From Felis catus (Eukaryota): DNA of 64,000 nt. The translations under genes and the position numbers were made by a program. The DNA is taken from positions 219,420,001-219,484,000 of the forward strand of contig NC_058368.1 of the NCBI RefSeq assembly GCF_018350175.1, given 5' to 3'. The notes under the pieces are model-generated. The model saw only the letters and a list, made by a program, of their open reading frames with translations, ran no database searches and was not told where the DNA came from. Shown in pieces: positions 1 to 12,975 of the stretch (its first letter is position 1; each line of letters opens with the position of its first letter).

Positions 1-1499
1 AATAACCCTGTTGATTAATGATGATTTTATTAACATGCATAAAGTTGTGGTTTCCCTTGCAAGCTATTGATCACACCTCACATTATTTTTTTTAAAAACA
101 ATGAAGTTAACAGAAGCTATTCTGCATCAGTAATTTTTAGATGGTTTCAATAAATTAGGATAATTTAATACTATTATTTTCAAAATTCTGAATTTTGTAG
201 AATGTATGTGTTTTATTGTGAAACAGAATGGGGCACTATTTTAACTTTAAATGATTTTTTTTATATTTAGACATAAATTAGTGAGCAAATTTTATTATCA
301 TATTATCACTTCAGTATCTAGGCCATGGCTCAGTTGGTACTAATATTTATTATTAACTATTTACTATTTCATACAACATTCTGTTTTTTTAATCTATGTG
401 GTGCTCTTTATACTATGTGCTTATAAGAGTTCACCCAGATGTGCATGCCTACGTGCCAGTATCAAAGGTCAATATTAACACAGTGGATCTTGTAGGAACA
501 CAAATTAACCTGCAGAGAGCTGAAATGGCCAAGCAGGAAAGAACATTTTTTTGTTTTAAGAATTTCAGATATTTGATGATAACCTACCAAATACATGATC
601 AAATAACTTCATTACTTGCCATTGAACTTATTTTCTCAATAGATGTTTTAATGGGGGTTTATGCTAATGCATAAATGTTTTAAAATACTCCTTTGCTAGA
701 ATGTAGTAAGAGATATACACATCTAAGTTGCATTAAACTAAATGTTATTTTATGTGCAATTTTTAAATTTATGATAAATTAAATTCAATTTAAGTGTAGA
801 GACTTCATATGAGTTTGGAAAGAGTTTATTATTGAGATCTACTTTCCAACAAGATGGCAGTTATTGTAAATGTATCAATTAAGTACAATTTATCTTTGAC
901 TTTATTCTGATTAATTCACTTTTCAGTTTAATTTTAAGCATACAAACCTAGGCCTCCTCATTCCTAATACAATGTTCTTCTAAAATACAATGCTGTCATT
1001 TTTTAATTAATGAAAACAATAATAGTCATTTTTAATGTTTGAAACCTGTCACTTTAATAGGCCCAAAGTCCTTGTTCCCACTTAATATCACCTAGAAACC
1101 AATTGCCATTGCTAAGAAAATCAAAGAGCAGAACTTTATAATATTGAAATCTCATCTCAATGAATTTGTGTGTACCTTCAAAATATCATTCTTATTTAGA
1201 TTCTCAAATTAGGTTTATCTAAAAAAATCATTAACTCGAAATTGCTCAAGTGAAAAGTGTATAGTTTGCCAGATGGTTAGGAAGACAGGTAAGCAGAAAT
1301 CACTGAAGATAGGAGCTACTCGTTGAGCAGCGCAGGAGGGGGGCATCAAGCATGACAATGGTCTCTTCTAAACTATTATTCTGAAATTTTTCAGTCAACA
1401 AAAACAATAATAGTCATGCGTGATGCTAAAGGCAGGGTAAAAGATAAATTCAACATATGTTAAGTGTGGAAAAGTAAGAAGTGTTTAAAAGTCACAAAT

Positions 1500-1832
1500 G
1501 GAATCCATTCTTTTGTGCCTTCTAGCTTTTAGAGACTGACCACATCCTTGGCTCATCCATCTTCAAAGTCAGTAATAGTGGGTCTTTCTCATGCCACCAT
1601 CCCACTGGGTCTCTTCATTTGTTCCCATATCTCTCTTTGAGCTGAAAATGTTCTCTGCTTTTAAAGACTCATATGATTATTTTGGGCTTGCCAGAATAAT
1701 GCAGGATAAACTTTTCTTCTCAATATCCTTAACTTAAATATATTTGCAAAGTCTCTCTTACTGCGTAAGGCAATATATTCACAGGTTTCAAGGATTGGGG
1801 GGTGGATATCTTTGGGGGCCATTCTTCTACCA
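1500..1832 (-). mobile_element. MaLR LTR fragment (MLT1-like)
   Basis: Typical MLT1 motifs (cacatccttggctc, tgcaaagtctctctt...aatatattcacaggtt, ggatatctttgggggccatt). Confidence 0.7.
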
Positions 1833-1844
1833 AAAACATACACT

Positions 1845-2058
1845 TCCTAAACTTGCTTTATTTTTACATATAGCACTTACCACCATCTGCAGTATTAAAT
1901 GCTTGTTTGTTTTCTTACTGGCTTTCTCTTAGTTGAATGCAAACTTTTTTGAGAACAAAGACTTTGTACATTTTCTTTACTAATGTATCCCCAAGTTCTA
2001 GAATACTCCCTGGGATATGGGAGGCATTAAAGAAATATTTGTTAAATGAATAAATAAG
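1845..2058 (+). mobile_element. LINE2 3' end
   Basis: tagcacttacc...ctagaata...aaatatttgttaaatgaataaataa terminus. Confidence 0.6.
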
Positions 2059-2880
2059 TCAGGTGTATTTAATAACTAAAATAGATATTTATGACCATGA
2101 ATAGTAAACTTGATATTGAAATTAAGAAATATTGCTCAAGAAATTTGTGATTTCATTTGAATATAAGAATAGAATTTGCAGGTGTAATGAAATAATATAT
2201 GTCATATGTTTTTATTATAGCAATCTGGTTGCAAATTAACACATCCCTGACGCCTATCCAAGGAGTGGTAGGTTAAGTAAATGAAAATGAAACAAATCCT
2301 ATATTGAAAATTTATAACCAGATGACACTTTTATTCTTTAAGAAATACAAAGCACACAACAGCACATTGGCTGTTAAGCTAGATCACCTCCCAAAGATTC
2401 CAAAACGTATGCGACACGGAGGGTCGCTGAAGCAAACAAATGAAGTCCAAACATTTGATACTGAGTAATGCATATCAATGTCTTCTAATGACATGATAAT
2501 AACAATTATTGTCAGACTTTAATTCCCTTAGGCTATGCTCATAAATCCATCCTGATTTTTATCATTTAATTTTTCATTATACTTTATTTTTGAGGAATTG
2601 CATATAAACATTTTATTTTTGAAAGATTGCATGCAATAAAAATCTACATATTCATTTTTATTGACTTCAAAAATGGGCATATGCAAAATTGCCTGCACTA
2701 TGGACTATAAGCTAACAAGGCTGAAAGGCTAACAAGGCCCAGAGGCTAAAAGGTAATAACATGATAAGGATTTTCAAAAGTGTAATAATTCATATCTGCA
2801 ATGTACTTCCCTTGATGATATCACACAAGCCATTTGTGTGTGAATGTATGTTATGCTAAATTTAAATATACCTACCTATT

Positions 2881-3082
2881 GGGGCACCTGTGTGGCTCAG
2901 TCGGTTAAGTGTCTGACTCTTTGTTTCAGCTCAGGTTATGATCTCACAGTTCGTGAGTTCAAGAACCACATCAGGCTCTGTGTTGACAGTGCAGAGCCTG
3001 CTTGAGATTCTTTCTCTTCTTCTCTCTCTGCCCTTCCCTGACTCATGCTGTCTCTGTCTCTTTTAAAACAAATAAACTATAA
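2881..3082 (+). mobile_element. Can-SINE
   Basis: GGGGCACCTG..GGCTCAGTCGGTTAAG head, CT-rich tract, A-rich tail. Confidence 0.95.
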
Positions 3083-3647
3083 ATAGCCACCTATTACATG
3101 CAGTTCACAAAGCTGTATCAATACTGCTAATACACTAAGGATTTACATTTTCTGATCTGTATGTGCTTATCAATTGCATAAGCTTTTAGGTGGCTTTTAT
3201 TCAGGTATAATTTTCTTCTTTAAGAAGAAAATAGAAAAGTTAATTAAATGACAAATTATACTGACCAGAGAGATAAAGACAGCGACCCTTAAGAATGTAT
3301 GTAGAACTTTATAAGAATAGGGAATCATAAAGTCGTATATTAGCACAGTCCACTTTACCATCCATCCTGGCTTTTTGGTGGGGAAACAGCCCACTGTTGT
3401 GGTGACACCATCTATCCCAAGCCAGGTCCACAAGCCTCCAGTGGTGAGGCCAAACTTGGAGGCCTCCCTATCCTAGGGCTTTGATTTTAGTTCTCAGTTC
3501 TTTCCCACTTCTAAGTGCCTTCATATCCTCCTCAAGAGCCCTTCTCTCCCTGCTGCTGCCCTCTACCAACCCCAGTACAAGGTATAAGAAACTGAAAATA
3601 TCGAAATTGATGAATATTGGAGTAAGCATGAATTTATTTAAAAAAAT

Positions 3648-3953
3648 GTCACTCATGGAATTTAAGAAATGAAATGAATGAACATAGGGAAGGGAAGGAC
3701 AAATCAAATAAGATAAAAATAGGGAGGCAAACCATAAGAGACTCAACTACTGAGAACAAGCCGTGGGTTGCTGGAGAGAGTTGCGGGGGTGGGGGGATGG
3801 GCTAGATGGGTGATGGGCATCACGGAGGGCACTGGTTGGAATGAACACTGGATGTTCTACATAAGTGATGAATCACCGAATTCTACTCCTGAAACCATTA
3901 CTACACTCTATGTTAACTAACTTGAATTTAAATAAAATCATGGAAGAAAAAAA
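3648..3953 (+). mobile_element. 5'-truncated carnivore LINE1 (3' UTR)
   Basis: ggaggcaaaccataagagactc...gggtgatgggcat...aattctactcctgaaacca...aataaaa plus A tail. Confidence 0.85.
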
Positions 3954-4765
3954 CGTCAAATAGAACTGGAAGACTTACGATGGGAGGCATGAGTGAGAGA
4001 GAAAGGCAGTTTAGGATTAAGATTGAAGAAGGAATTCTTTTTGATAAATAAAAATAATAATAATAATAGGTTTAAACATACTTTTATGATTGCCATACTG
4101 TGAATATCATGTGTATATAAACAAATTTAAAAGTTTTAGGGTTATTATGTTAATTGATATAAGTGAACATTGAAAGTCATTGAGAGTTTTGCATCTTAAG
4201 TCTTTCCCACTGTTTAAAATGTTGTGTTTAGCACTTCTTATTTTGTTAAATGTTATATGGTTTTTCTTAAAAATTGATCATTTTCTTTTTACTTTGGAGG
4301 AAGTCTGTTTTACTGTACTAGAATGAAGGCAAATAACAAACATGAAGTTGATAAAGAACACACTAAAAAATTTCCACTCCTGGAATAGTATTTACAGAAC
4401 CAACTCAGGAATTTGACAAGTGATCATTCTTATGCTTTGATTTAATTTGTTTCTTAAATTTAAATGTAATGTTTTAAATTAGGCAGTTATTAGTAATTTT
4501 AACAAATCATCTAAAGTTTGTGGATGATTGTGTATTTTTTTACAAAGACTTTTAATCCATTTGTATTAATTGAGTTAGGATAAGAAATGCAAAATGTTAA
4601 GCATTATATTATACATACCCTGAGACCTTGTATGTAGTTGAATATCTACTGTATCAATTAAATGATGAAATTTATGAAATGTAAATCTTTATCTAAAAAT
4701 AACACTCCTCTAATCAAAGCAAATTTGTTTTGGCCTTTGGTTTAACCAAGGCCTGAATGAGATTC

Positions 4766-4768
<3 letters not shown>

Positions 4769-4812
<44 letters not shown>

Positions 4813-4856
4813 CATACATGTATATGTATACATATATATGTATATATGTATATGTA

Positions 4857-4913
<57 letters not shown>
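4769..4913. repeat. Compound (TA)n/(TATG)/(CA)n microsatellite
   Basis: Directly visible. Confidence 0.95.
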
Positions 4914-4914
<1 letters not shown>

Positions 4915-5199
4915 CTCACTTAGAGGAGGACTCTCACGGGGGCTACACAGACTTAACTTTTGGCTCATTGTAGTAGCTGAAGTATGTTTTGCTTCATGAC
5001 CAACAGCATGAGTAAGATAATGTTGTTAGGGCAAAGAGATATACAGACACATAACATGTCTGGTAAATCTGTCGTGGCCAGGGTTACAGGTATCTGTGGT
5101 AATGGAACTGCTTCAACAGTTAGGTGCCCGGAGGATAGGATTTAAGTACTACCACGCAAAACACAAAGGGGTTTCTTCTAAAAGTCCCTGGAATAAAGG

Positions 5200-5553
5200 A
5201 CATTCCATCATGTTTCTAATTTCACCTCAAGCCTCACCTCATCTAGGAAATTTCTCTGACCTCCTTACCAGCCCCTCATCCTACGCACCGCCTGAAGTTA
5301 GGTTAAGACCTTAAAAGCTACTATAGAATCAAGTGTGTTCCTTCAGTGCACTTACTGCAGTGAATAGTAATATAATAATTTGTGAGATTAAATAATTATT
5401 CTTGTCTCCTGTTAGAGGGTGAGCTCTATGCGGTTAAAAACTAATTGAGCTGTTGATGACCATCACATCTCCAGGGCTGAGCAAAATGTGTGGTACATTG
5501 TGGCAGCTCAATCAGCAGCTGGAGAATGAAGAACTGAATACATGAATGAATGA
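5200..5553 (+). mobile_element. LINE2 fragment
   Basis: Degenerate L2 3' region ending in gaatgaatgaa. Confidence 0.5.
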
Positions 5554-5814
5554 AATTTTACCTACTGATTTCATTGAGGCTTTATGCCAATGCCTTGACA
5601 CTAGAGATCAAATGTTACAGAGTCAAGCCCAGCTTAACATGAGTCAAGTACACTTTATTGTCCTTGTTTACTAATGACCGATTTATTGATGTGTTTGTCT
5701 GTTAAATGTCAACATTGATTACTGTTCAAACATTCATCTATGACAGGACCTTTTTAGTCCATGGGTGACATCATTCTGCATCAGCATTGTTAGCCGGTTA
5801 CAAAGCAGATCAGC

Positions 5815-5980
5815 TACAAAATCAAGTGCCCCCATGCAAAATGAAACATGGAGCCCCTTGTTCAAAAATTGTAAGAAATTCAAGAATGTACCAGCAGTGC
5901 ATTAAATCAAGAGTGGGCCCCTTCTTAAGCACAGAGTTGTGTGTGACCATGCAGGATGCATACCCATAAAGCAAGGCACT
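5815..5980 (+). mobile_element. MER45A-like hAT DNA transposon
   Basis: tgcaaaatgaaa..ggagccccttgttcaaaaatt...gggccccttc...cccataaagcaaggcactg matches recalled consensus. Confidence 0.65.
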
Positions 5981-6718
5981 GTCAGTAAGAAAAAACATGT
6001 TTTTTGCTTTCCTGTAGGTTTGGAATCTGATTTTACGAAACTCTCCCCTTCCTGTTTCCTCTCATTTTTTTATTCCCAATTCCTCATCACTTCCAATAAT
6101 GTCATCACATGAAGGATTACACAGGGAGGAGTGTAATCACAAGAGGGGCTGGGGTTAGGACAGACATTTGTATGCAGAGCAAGCTAGCACCACCATTAGA
6201 CATTGTAAGAAAGGAGTTCAGAACTCCTCCTCCTTCTGGTCTCTTGGCAACTGTGGTAGGACTTTGTTTAATCAACACGCTGCTGGGATGAAGCATCATG
6301 GCCAGGAGTTTTCACTGCCATTCTTCTCCCAGCATGTTGACTGCAAAATGAAAACCCAAACTGACATTCATCAGAGTTGTAATATTATATTTTGAAATCT
6401 TGAGAGTAACTACTTCTGCATTCATGACACACGTGGCAAAAATCCCTTCTTTCTTCCCCTTCATTTACTTGTGTGTATACCTTGTCGTCATTTCTGTCTC
6501 TCTCATTAGATGGTTAAATCCTTATTTAGCCAGGACCGTGCCTATAGCTCTCCCCCTCAATTTCATAAATAGCATACATTTTGCAGTGATTCTACATATT
6601 TAAGTGTGTGTGTGTTAAAATAATAAGTGATTGCATAAACAATTCTCTTATTTGTAAACCATGAGTTTTAAGTCAGGGTTTCTTTCTTTTTCTAGATTAT
6701 TTTAAAGCAACTGAAGCC

Positions 6719-6900
6719 CAGTGATCCTCAGACTTTTGCTCTCAGAATCACCTTAAGACATTTGAAAACACAGAATATGGACCACTCCCATAGTTTGGAA
6801 CTGACCCTCTGATTCAGTACATTTGAGAGTCTGCATTTGGAACAAAGTCCCTTGTGATGCTATCATTGTTGATTCAGAGACTGCATTTTGAGAACCATTG
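6719..6900. mobile_element. MER5A-like hAT element
   Basis: cagtgatcctca...agaatcacc...ctgcattt...tttgagaaccattg termini. Confidence 0.65.
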
Positions 6901-6908
6901 TTCCAGGC

Positions 6909-7495
6909 AGTAAAGAAAAAATTATTCAGTGACGTTTGCTAAAGCACAGTAAGGAAGACTTTGTTCAAGGAGGCCATTTTGATTGGTGCAGGGATCACTG
7001 CGTGGGTTCCTGCAATGGGAAAGAGGACTGGGTTCAACTCAGAACATAACATTGGCAAGTGGGAATTTAGAGCCAAGGAGCAGGTGGGGGTCAGTGCATG
7101 GAAAATTACTAAGAAAACAACAGATGGGGGTGGGGGTTGGGGGGATTCCTGCTGAAGGCAGAAAACAGTGATCAGACATCATCAGGGATGATGGAATATG
7201 AGGAACCTGATCAAAAATTGAGAATGATCAGATTTGTTCACAGCCCATTATATAAAAAGTGTGGTTCCTAAGCTTGGTGTCCTTCAGCTAGGATGTAGAG
7301 TCACCATACGTACTGCATCTACCTGAACTCATCTCAGACATTGTTCAAATGAGATGTGGGAGAAAAAGGAAATTGACATAAATATGACAGCCATGCTGTT
7401 TCCTATGCCTTTGGCTCTGACTTAGAAGTCTCATATTTTTTGTCAAGCATCCATGAAGCTGGCAAGCTAATTTTATAGCTTATAAGTAGGTTAAA
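6909..7495. mobile_element. Old ERV LTR fragments (MER31/MER21-like)
   Basis: gtaaagaaaaaattattca...gtaaggaagacttt...gccaaggagcagg...ggaaaattactaag resembles an ERV1 LTR; a second LTR-like piece starts near 7260. Family uncertain. Confidence 0.5.
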
Positions 7496-7562
7496 TAGCA
7501 CAAAATTAAGTTATTGATAAATAATAAGGGAAAGAAAGGTGAAGGAGGAATGAAATGATACA

Positions 7563-7783
7563 TTTTTTTTAACATTTATTTATTTATTTTGAGAGAGAGG
7601 GAGAGAGAAAGAGAATCAGAGGAGGGGAGAGGTAGAGAGAGAGGGTGGGAGAGAATCCTAAGCAGGCTCCACGCTGTCAGCACAGAGCCCAACTTGGGGC
7701 TTGATCCAAGAGATCCCCAAGACCATGACCTGAATCGAAATCAAGAGTCACATGCTTAACTGACTGAGCCCCCCAGGCCCCCC
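7563..7783 (-). mobile_element. Can-SINE
   Basis: Reverse-complement head and tail. Confidence 0.95.
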
Positions 7784-7874
7784 AGAAAGATATTTCAAAA
7801 ACAAATAAAACAATATTTAACCTTTGTCTAATCTTTTTATAATAGATACTCAACTTATTTAAAAAATTGCCTTA

Positions 7875-8084
7875 GGGATGCCTGGGTGGCTCTGTCCGTT
7901 GAGCTTCCAACTTTGGCTCAGGTCATGATCTCAGTCTGTGAGTTTGAGCCCCGCGTCGGGATCTGCTGACAGTTCAGAGCCTGGAGCCTGTTTCAGATTC
8001 TGTGTCTCCCTCTCTCTGACCCTCCCCCGTTCATGCTCTGTTTCTCTGTCTCTCAAAAAGAAATAAACATTTTTAAACAAAATT
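7875..8084 (+). mobile_element. Can-SINE with 14-bp TSD
   Basis: TSD AAAAAATTGCCTTA at 7861-7874 and 8085-8098. Confidence 0.97.
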
Positions 8085-8203
8085 AAAAAATTGCCTTAAA
8101 AAGATTCTTAAAAAGAATCCTTAGAAATGTTTTAGTGATGATATTAATTAAAATACTGCCTGTATCACTCAGACCTAGTCTTTGCATTAACAATATAACT
8201 TAA

Positions 8204-8432
8204 GGGGCGCCTGGGTGGCGCAGTCGGTTAAGCGTCCGACTTCAGCCAGGTCACGATCTCGCGGTCCGTGAGTTCGAGCCCCGTGTCAGGCTCTGGGCTG
8301 ATGGCTCAGAGCCTGGAGCCTGTTTCCAATTCTGTGTCTCCCTCTCTCTCTGCCCCTCCCCCGTTCATGCTCTGTCTCTCTCTGTCCCAAAAATAAATAA
8401 ACATTGAAAAAAAAATTTAAAAAACAAAACAA
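8204..8432 (+). mobile_element. Young felid SINE (SINEC_Fc type) with 15-bp TSD
   Basis: CpG-intact ttcagccaggtcacgatctcgcggtccgtgagttcgag. TSD AACAATATAACTTAA at 8189-8203 and 8433-8447. Confidence 0.97.
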
Positions 8433-10112
8433 AACAATATAACTTAAAATAAAATATAAAATTAAAGACTATATTTTTGTTCATTAAGTGCAATTGCAGA
8501 CAACATTAAACTTTTGATTTATTTTTGCCACTATTGTATTGTTTTTATTTGAAATATATTTCTTTCTTTCACTTTCTTAGGCATAAACTGAAATCACAAC
8601 CAGACAATGGAAAATTCAATCCTGATTACTTTCACTTCACCAATGTTTCAAAATTTAAAGTAGGCCACTAACCTTATTCAGGTATGGATACAGACAGTCA
8701 GATTGAGTAAGAATTTACTTTTCAATCAAACATGAGAAGTATTCAATCTATTTTGTTTCTGTCTTGCTAAGAAGATGGGATTCAATTTATTTGTAAATCG
8801 TTTCATATGTAACCAAAAATTTTTATGTTAAAAATAGAAAGCAAAAAAAAAAAAAAAAAATCAGTGTGATTCAGGTTTGATCTGATAAAATTAGGAGAAA
8901 ACCAGCCCTGACTTTTACATCTAAAGTACACCGAACACCTGGCGAATAAAGGGAGGGGGCAGGAAGATCAAAATAAATTTAAGACCACATGTTCTTTCAT
9001 TAACTCTTGATTGTTTTTCAAAATAATTACATTGTTTAAAAATACAACTGGCTATTTGATCCTTTAACTTTTCTCTGGTCAGTCTTCCCTCCCCTTGCTT
9101 CCAAGTAATGTGATCTAAGATATGCTGAAATACGATTAAAAAGTAACAGTAACAGAAGTTACTGTTATAAACAGGTTTCAGTGACAGTTTACTTGCAGAT
9201 AACAGAAACCAGGTTAGGTGATGATGATGATGATGGCCGTGGTGGTGGTGATAACTGCATCTTGAATGTAGATGGGAGCCTACAACATGATCAGAAGGAG
9301 AAGGACTAGGTGATTGGCAAGTGTACTTCCGGCCCCAGAATCACACATCCCGGGCTGTGGTGCAAACAGCTGTCACCACGGCCTCAGGTAAGGGTGACTG
9401 CAAAACCATGCTTCCTCCATGGTGGCCAGATCAACGTCTCCCCCCCTTCCCTTTCTCCTTATTTGACTCAATTTCTAATTTAAGGATCATGAGGACATCT
9501 GAAAAACAGCATATGAATCACTCCCCACCCCCACCCTGAGCACTCACTGCCAGGGGAATGTAATTTTTAGTTTTCCAGACTCTACAGTCCATAAGGCAGA
9601 CTGGAAGGAAATTAGGGAAAAAAAAAAGTGTCAAAATACTACGCAAAATTATTCTTCCTCCAATGTATTTGCGGAGAAGGAAGTGGTATAGACATTCTCT
9701 ACATTCATCTCATAGCCATAGAGAGAGAATTAGGTTTGATTAATTTCCTGTTATAATGGAAACTCATATTATCTCTAATACTAGAGATTAAAAGGAACCC
9801 AGGGAAGGGTGGCTGAGAAGCTATTGATTTTAACAAGTATGTAGCTCTTTAGTAAGTGACACCTTAAAGATTGACACATTATTTAGCAACAGCATGACAA
9901 CTTTTAGGCATATAATTCCACACAAAATAGAAGGTTGTTTTATTTAATTGGTTTTAACCAAATGGAGTATTTTACATTTGCTGAAGGTGGTCAACCTTCA
10001 GAAGATCCCATTATTATAATGACAGAATTCTCTTCAATTTTTTGAGTGTTTTATGATTATAGTAAGGCATCTTTTGTGCAACTTCTCATTTAGTTTTAAA
10101 AGTATAGAAATA

Positions 10113-10265
10113 GGGGTGCCTGGGTAGCTCAGTGGGTTTAAGCATCTGATTTCAGCTCAGGTCATGATCTCATGGTTTGTGAGTTCAAGTCCCACGTCAG
10201 GCTGTCAACACAGAGCCTGCTTCGAATCCTCTGTCCCCTTTTCTCTCTGCCCCTCCCTGGTTCAT

Positions 10266-10301
<36 letters not shown>

Positions 10302-10345
10302 AAATAAATAAACATTAAAGACCTTAAGAAATAAAAATAAAAAAC
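10113..10345 (+). mobile_element. Can-SINE with 14-bp TSD
   Basis: TSD AAAGTATAGAAATA at 10099-10112 and 10346-10359; long (CT)n. Confidence 0.97.
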
Positions 10346-10520
10346 AAAGTATAGAAATAACTTGTTTCAAGTTTTCATCTGCTTTTATTTTCTTACAATG
10401 GACTTGTGGCCTCTCCTTGCAATGAGGGATACTTCTGAGGCACTGACTCATTGATCCCATTCATACAGATTTTACTGTCTCTTCTTTTTCTTGGACTTTT
10501 CATTGGGCTACCATTTCTTT

Positions 10521-10522
<2 letters not shown>

Positions 10523-10552
<30 letters not shown>

Positions 10553-10752
10553 TTTATTTATTTCTGAGAGAGACAAAGAGCAAGCGGGGGGTGGGGCAGG
10601 GGCAGAGAGACAGGGAGACACAGAATCCAAAGCAGGTTTCAGGCTCCAGAGCTGTCAGCACAGAGCTCAAGGTGGGGCTCAACCCCACCAACCTTGAGAT
10701 CATGACCTGAGCTGAAGCCGGACACTTAACCAACTGAGCCACCCAGGCCCCC
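10523..10752 (-). mobile_element. Can-SINE with (ATC)10 in its tail
   Basis: Reverse-complement SINE; degenerate TSD GGG(C/T)TACCATTTCTT. Confidence 0.95.
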
Positions 10753-11437
10753 ATGTGGGTTACCATTTCTTAACGGTGGTGACTCTAAGGCAGTTTTACC
10801 TAATTCACAGAACTAGTTTGCATAATATTTCTACAGAAAACTCAAAAGAAATAGAAAGATTTGCAGAATCCTGTTAACCCATTTACAGAGTGAAAAAAAG
10901 AAGGAATTGAAAATTATATTGTTTAATAAAACAAAACTCCTTATTAGAGGTTTTAATTTTGAAGTAATGTTCTGTTTGTTCTGTATTTTAATTTTTATTA
11001 CTAAAGCTTATGTTCAATAAGATAGCATATGAGTCGCTCTTTTAAAAGGAGGGTATCAAGGAAAATGGGATAAGTTTTAATACATTCATTTTTCAAATGC
11101 TCTCTCTCTTTCATATATCTGTATCTGTATTTCCTGAACTTTGGAATACATAGATGTCTTATTTATTACTACTACACATATTGCCTGATCATAAAAGAAA
11201 ATGCAGTAACAGGCAAGACCATTGTCTCATACTGTAAAGCTTGAAAATATTACAATCATTTTGCATGGGTGCCGTTCTCCAACACTACGATTAATTTCAA
11301 TTTTAGACAAAAACAATTTTTTTCCTCTAAAAAGCTAGAAAACATATGCCAGCACTACTGCTATTTGTATCCAATTTTGTTATCTACTTCTCTAAAAGTA
11401 TCAATGGCCTTGGCTGGGCAAATGGCTTTGCAGAATA

Positions 11438-11755
11438 AATACTATGTTTCCAAGTCCCTCTCACGACAAATTTGTGGTCAAGTATCTAGTTTCCAGCCAA
11501 TGAAATCACAGAAGATTCTAAGGGAAGGGAGCATCCTTTTCTTCTTCATTTTATTTCTCTTTATAAAAAGCAGATGTGGGGGTGATCTCTCTTGGGTCAT
11601 ACATATGAATTCAATTCCTTAATAATGGTTGAGCATGAAGACAATCTGAGTTTCTGATGACTACACAGAGCAGGGCAATGATACCAACTCAGAAATTTAT
11701 GTAAGAGAAGAACAAACTTCTGTCTTGTTGAGAAACTATTATTTTAGGAATATAT
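11438..11755 (+). mobile_element. MLT1-like LTR relic
   Basis: actatgtttcc...ccagccaatgaaat...gagaagaacaaacttctgtcttgtt. Confidence 0.5.
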
Positions 11756-12292
11756 CATCACATCATATATTTTCATGAATAAAATAGCATTTTACATCTG
11801 ATTTCAGCCTTTGGTTATTTTTTAAATTGGACCCATTTAAATGTAATCCAAATAACTCATCACATATGCAGTCATTTATTCTAAAACTAACAAAAAACAA
11901 GCATGCAAAAAGAGGCCATCATGTGTGTGTCCATCATCCCTCCTGCACTTAATTAAAGACTGTATAACATACAAACAGTATGAGATTCTACAATTTCTCT
12001 TGACAACTAACTTTAATATGTCAATGGCAGTATTATATTGAAGACACACATGTATATTAATGTATATTAACAAATACATTACAGGAAAAAAATTGGAGTA
12101 CTTATTTTTACCTGACTCGAACGTTAAAGCATTCTGTTGAAAAAACTATGGGTAAGCAAGATCTCAGGTTAAGAATTCTAACTCGATTATCACACACATT
12201 ACAATTTTCCAGAGTTTAGTGCCCTCGTATGTGACATCAAGATTCAAAAATCTTTTTCTGCTCTAAATATCATTTTGTTGAGCAGAAATATT

Positions 12293-12365
12293 TTCTATTT
12301 TTTTTAAAGTGTATTTGTGTATTTTGAGAGAGAGAGAGAGAGAGAGACGATGGGCAGGAGAGGGC

Positions 12366-12408
<43 letters not shown>

Positions 12409-12534
12409 CTCAAGCAGTCTCCAGTGCTGTCAGCTTGGAGGTCTAGGCTGGACTCAGGCTCAAAAACCTTGAGATCATGTCCTGATCTGAAATGAGAGTC
12501 AGATGCTTCACCGACTGAGCCACCTAGGTGCCCC
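12293..12534 (-). mobile_element. Can-SINE with long (GA)n tracts
   Basis: Reverse-complement SINE; TSD-like AGAAATATTT. Confidence 0.95.
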
Positions 12535-12864
12535 AGAAATATTTGATATTTTAAAATAGAAAACTAGTTAGTAACATTGGTCATATAATAACATTTGGTA
12601 TACTAAAACTTTCTTGCAATCTGAATTAACATCTCCTTCCCCCCATTTTTCCTCCCAGATTAAATTTCTTTCCTTTCTCATTATGCTTACTGTATAAAGG
12701 ACCTACTGATATTGCAATAATCAGATATGTGCCCAGGAGGTGGTATGACATTTCAGAAACAGTACTAAAGTGGAATTATAAATACATGTAATACATGTTA
12801 TATACTTACATAAACATATTTATATAACTATTACATATCAAGTCATTATAGTTTTAACTATATC

Positions 12865-12975
12865 ACCACTTAGCTCTGTGACCTTAAGCAAGTCATTTAA
12901 CATTTCTAAGAAGTATTGTCCAGTTTTATAAAAGTCATAGCTAGACAAGATTATCTTCACAATCCCTTCTCCAGC
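12865..12975 (+). mobile_element. MIR fragment
   Basis: ccacttagctctgtgaccttaagcaagtcatttaac core. Confidence 0.55.

Noticed and set aside
2411..2427. GCGAC/GTCGC hairpin in a small CpG cluster
   Set aside because: A 5-bp stem is expected by chance in 64 kb.
2708..2752. Repeated GCTAACAAGGC / GGCT(G/A)AAAGG units as an array
   Set aside because: Only 2-3 imperfect copies, consistent with local slippage; no repeat-spacer structure.
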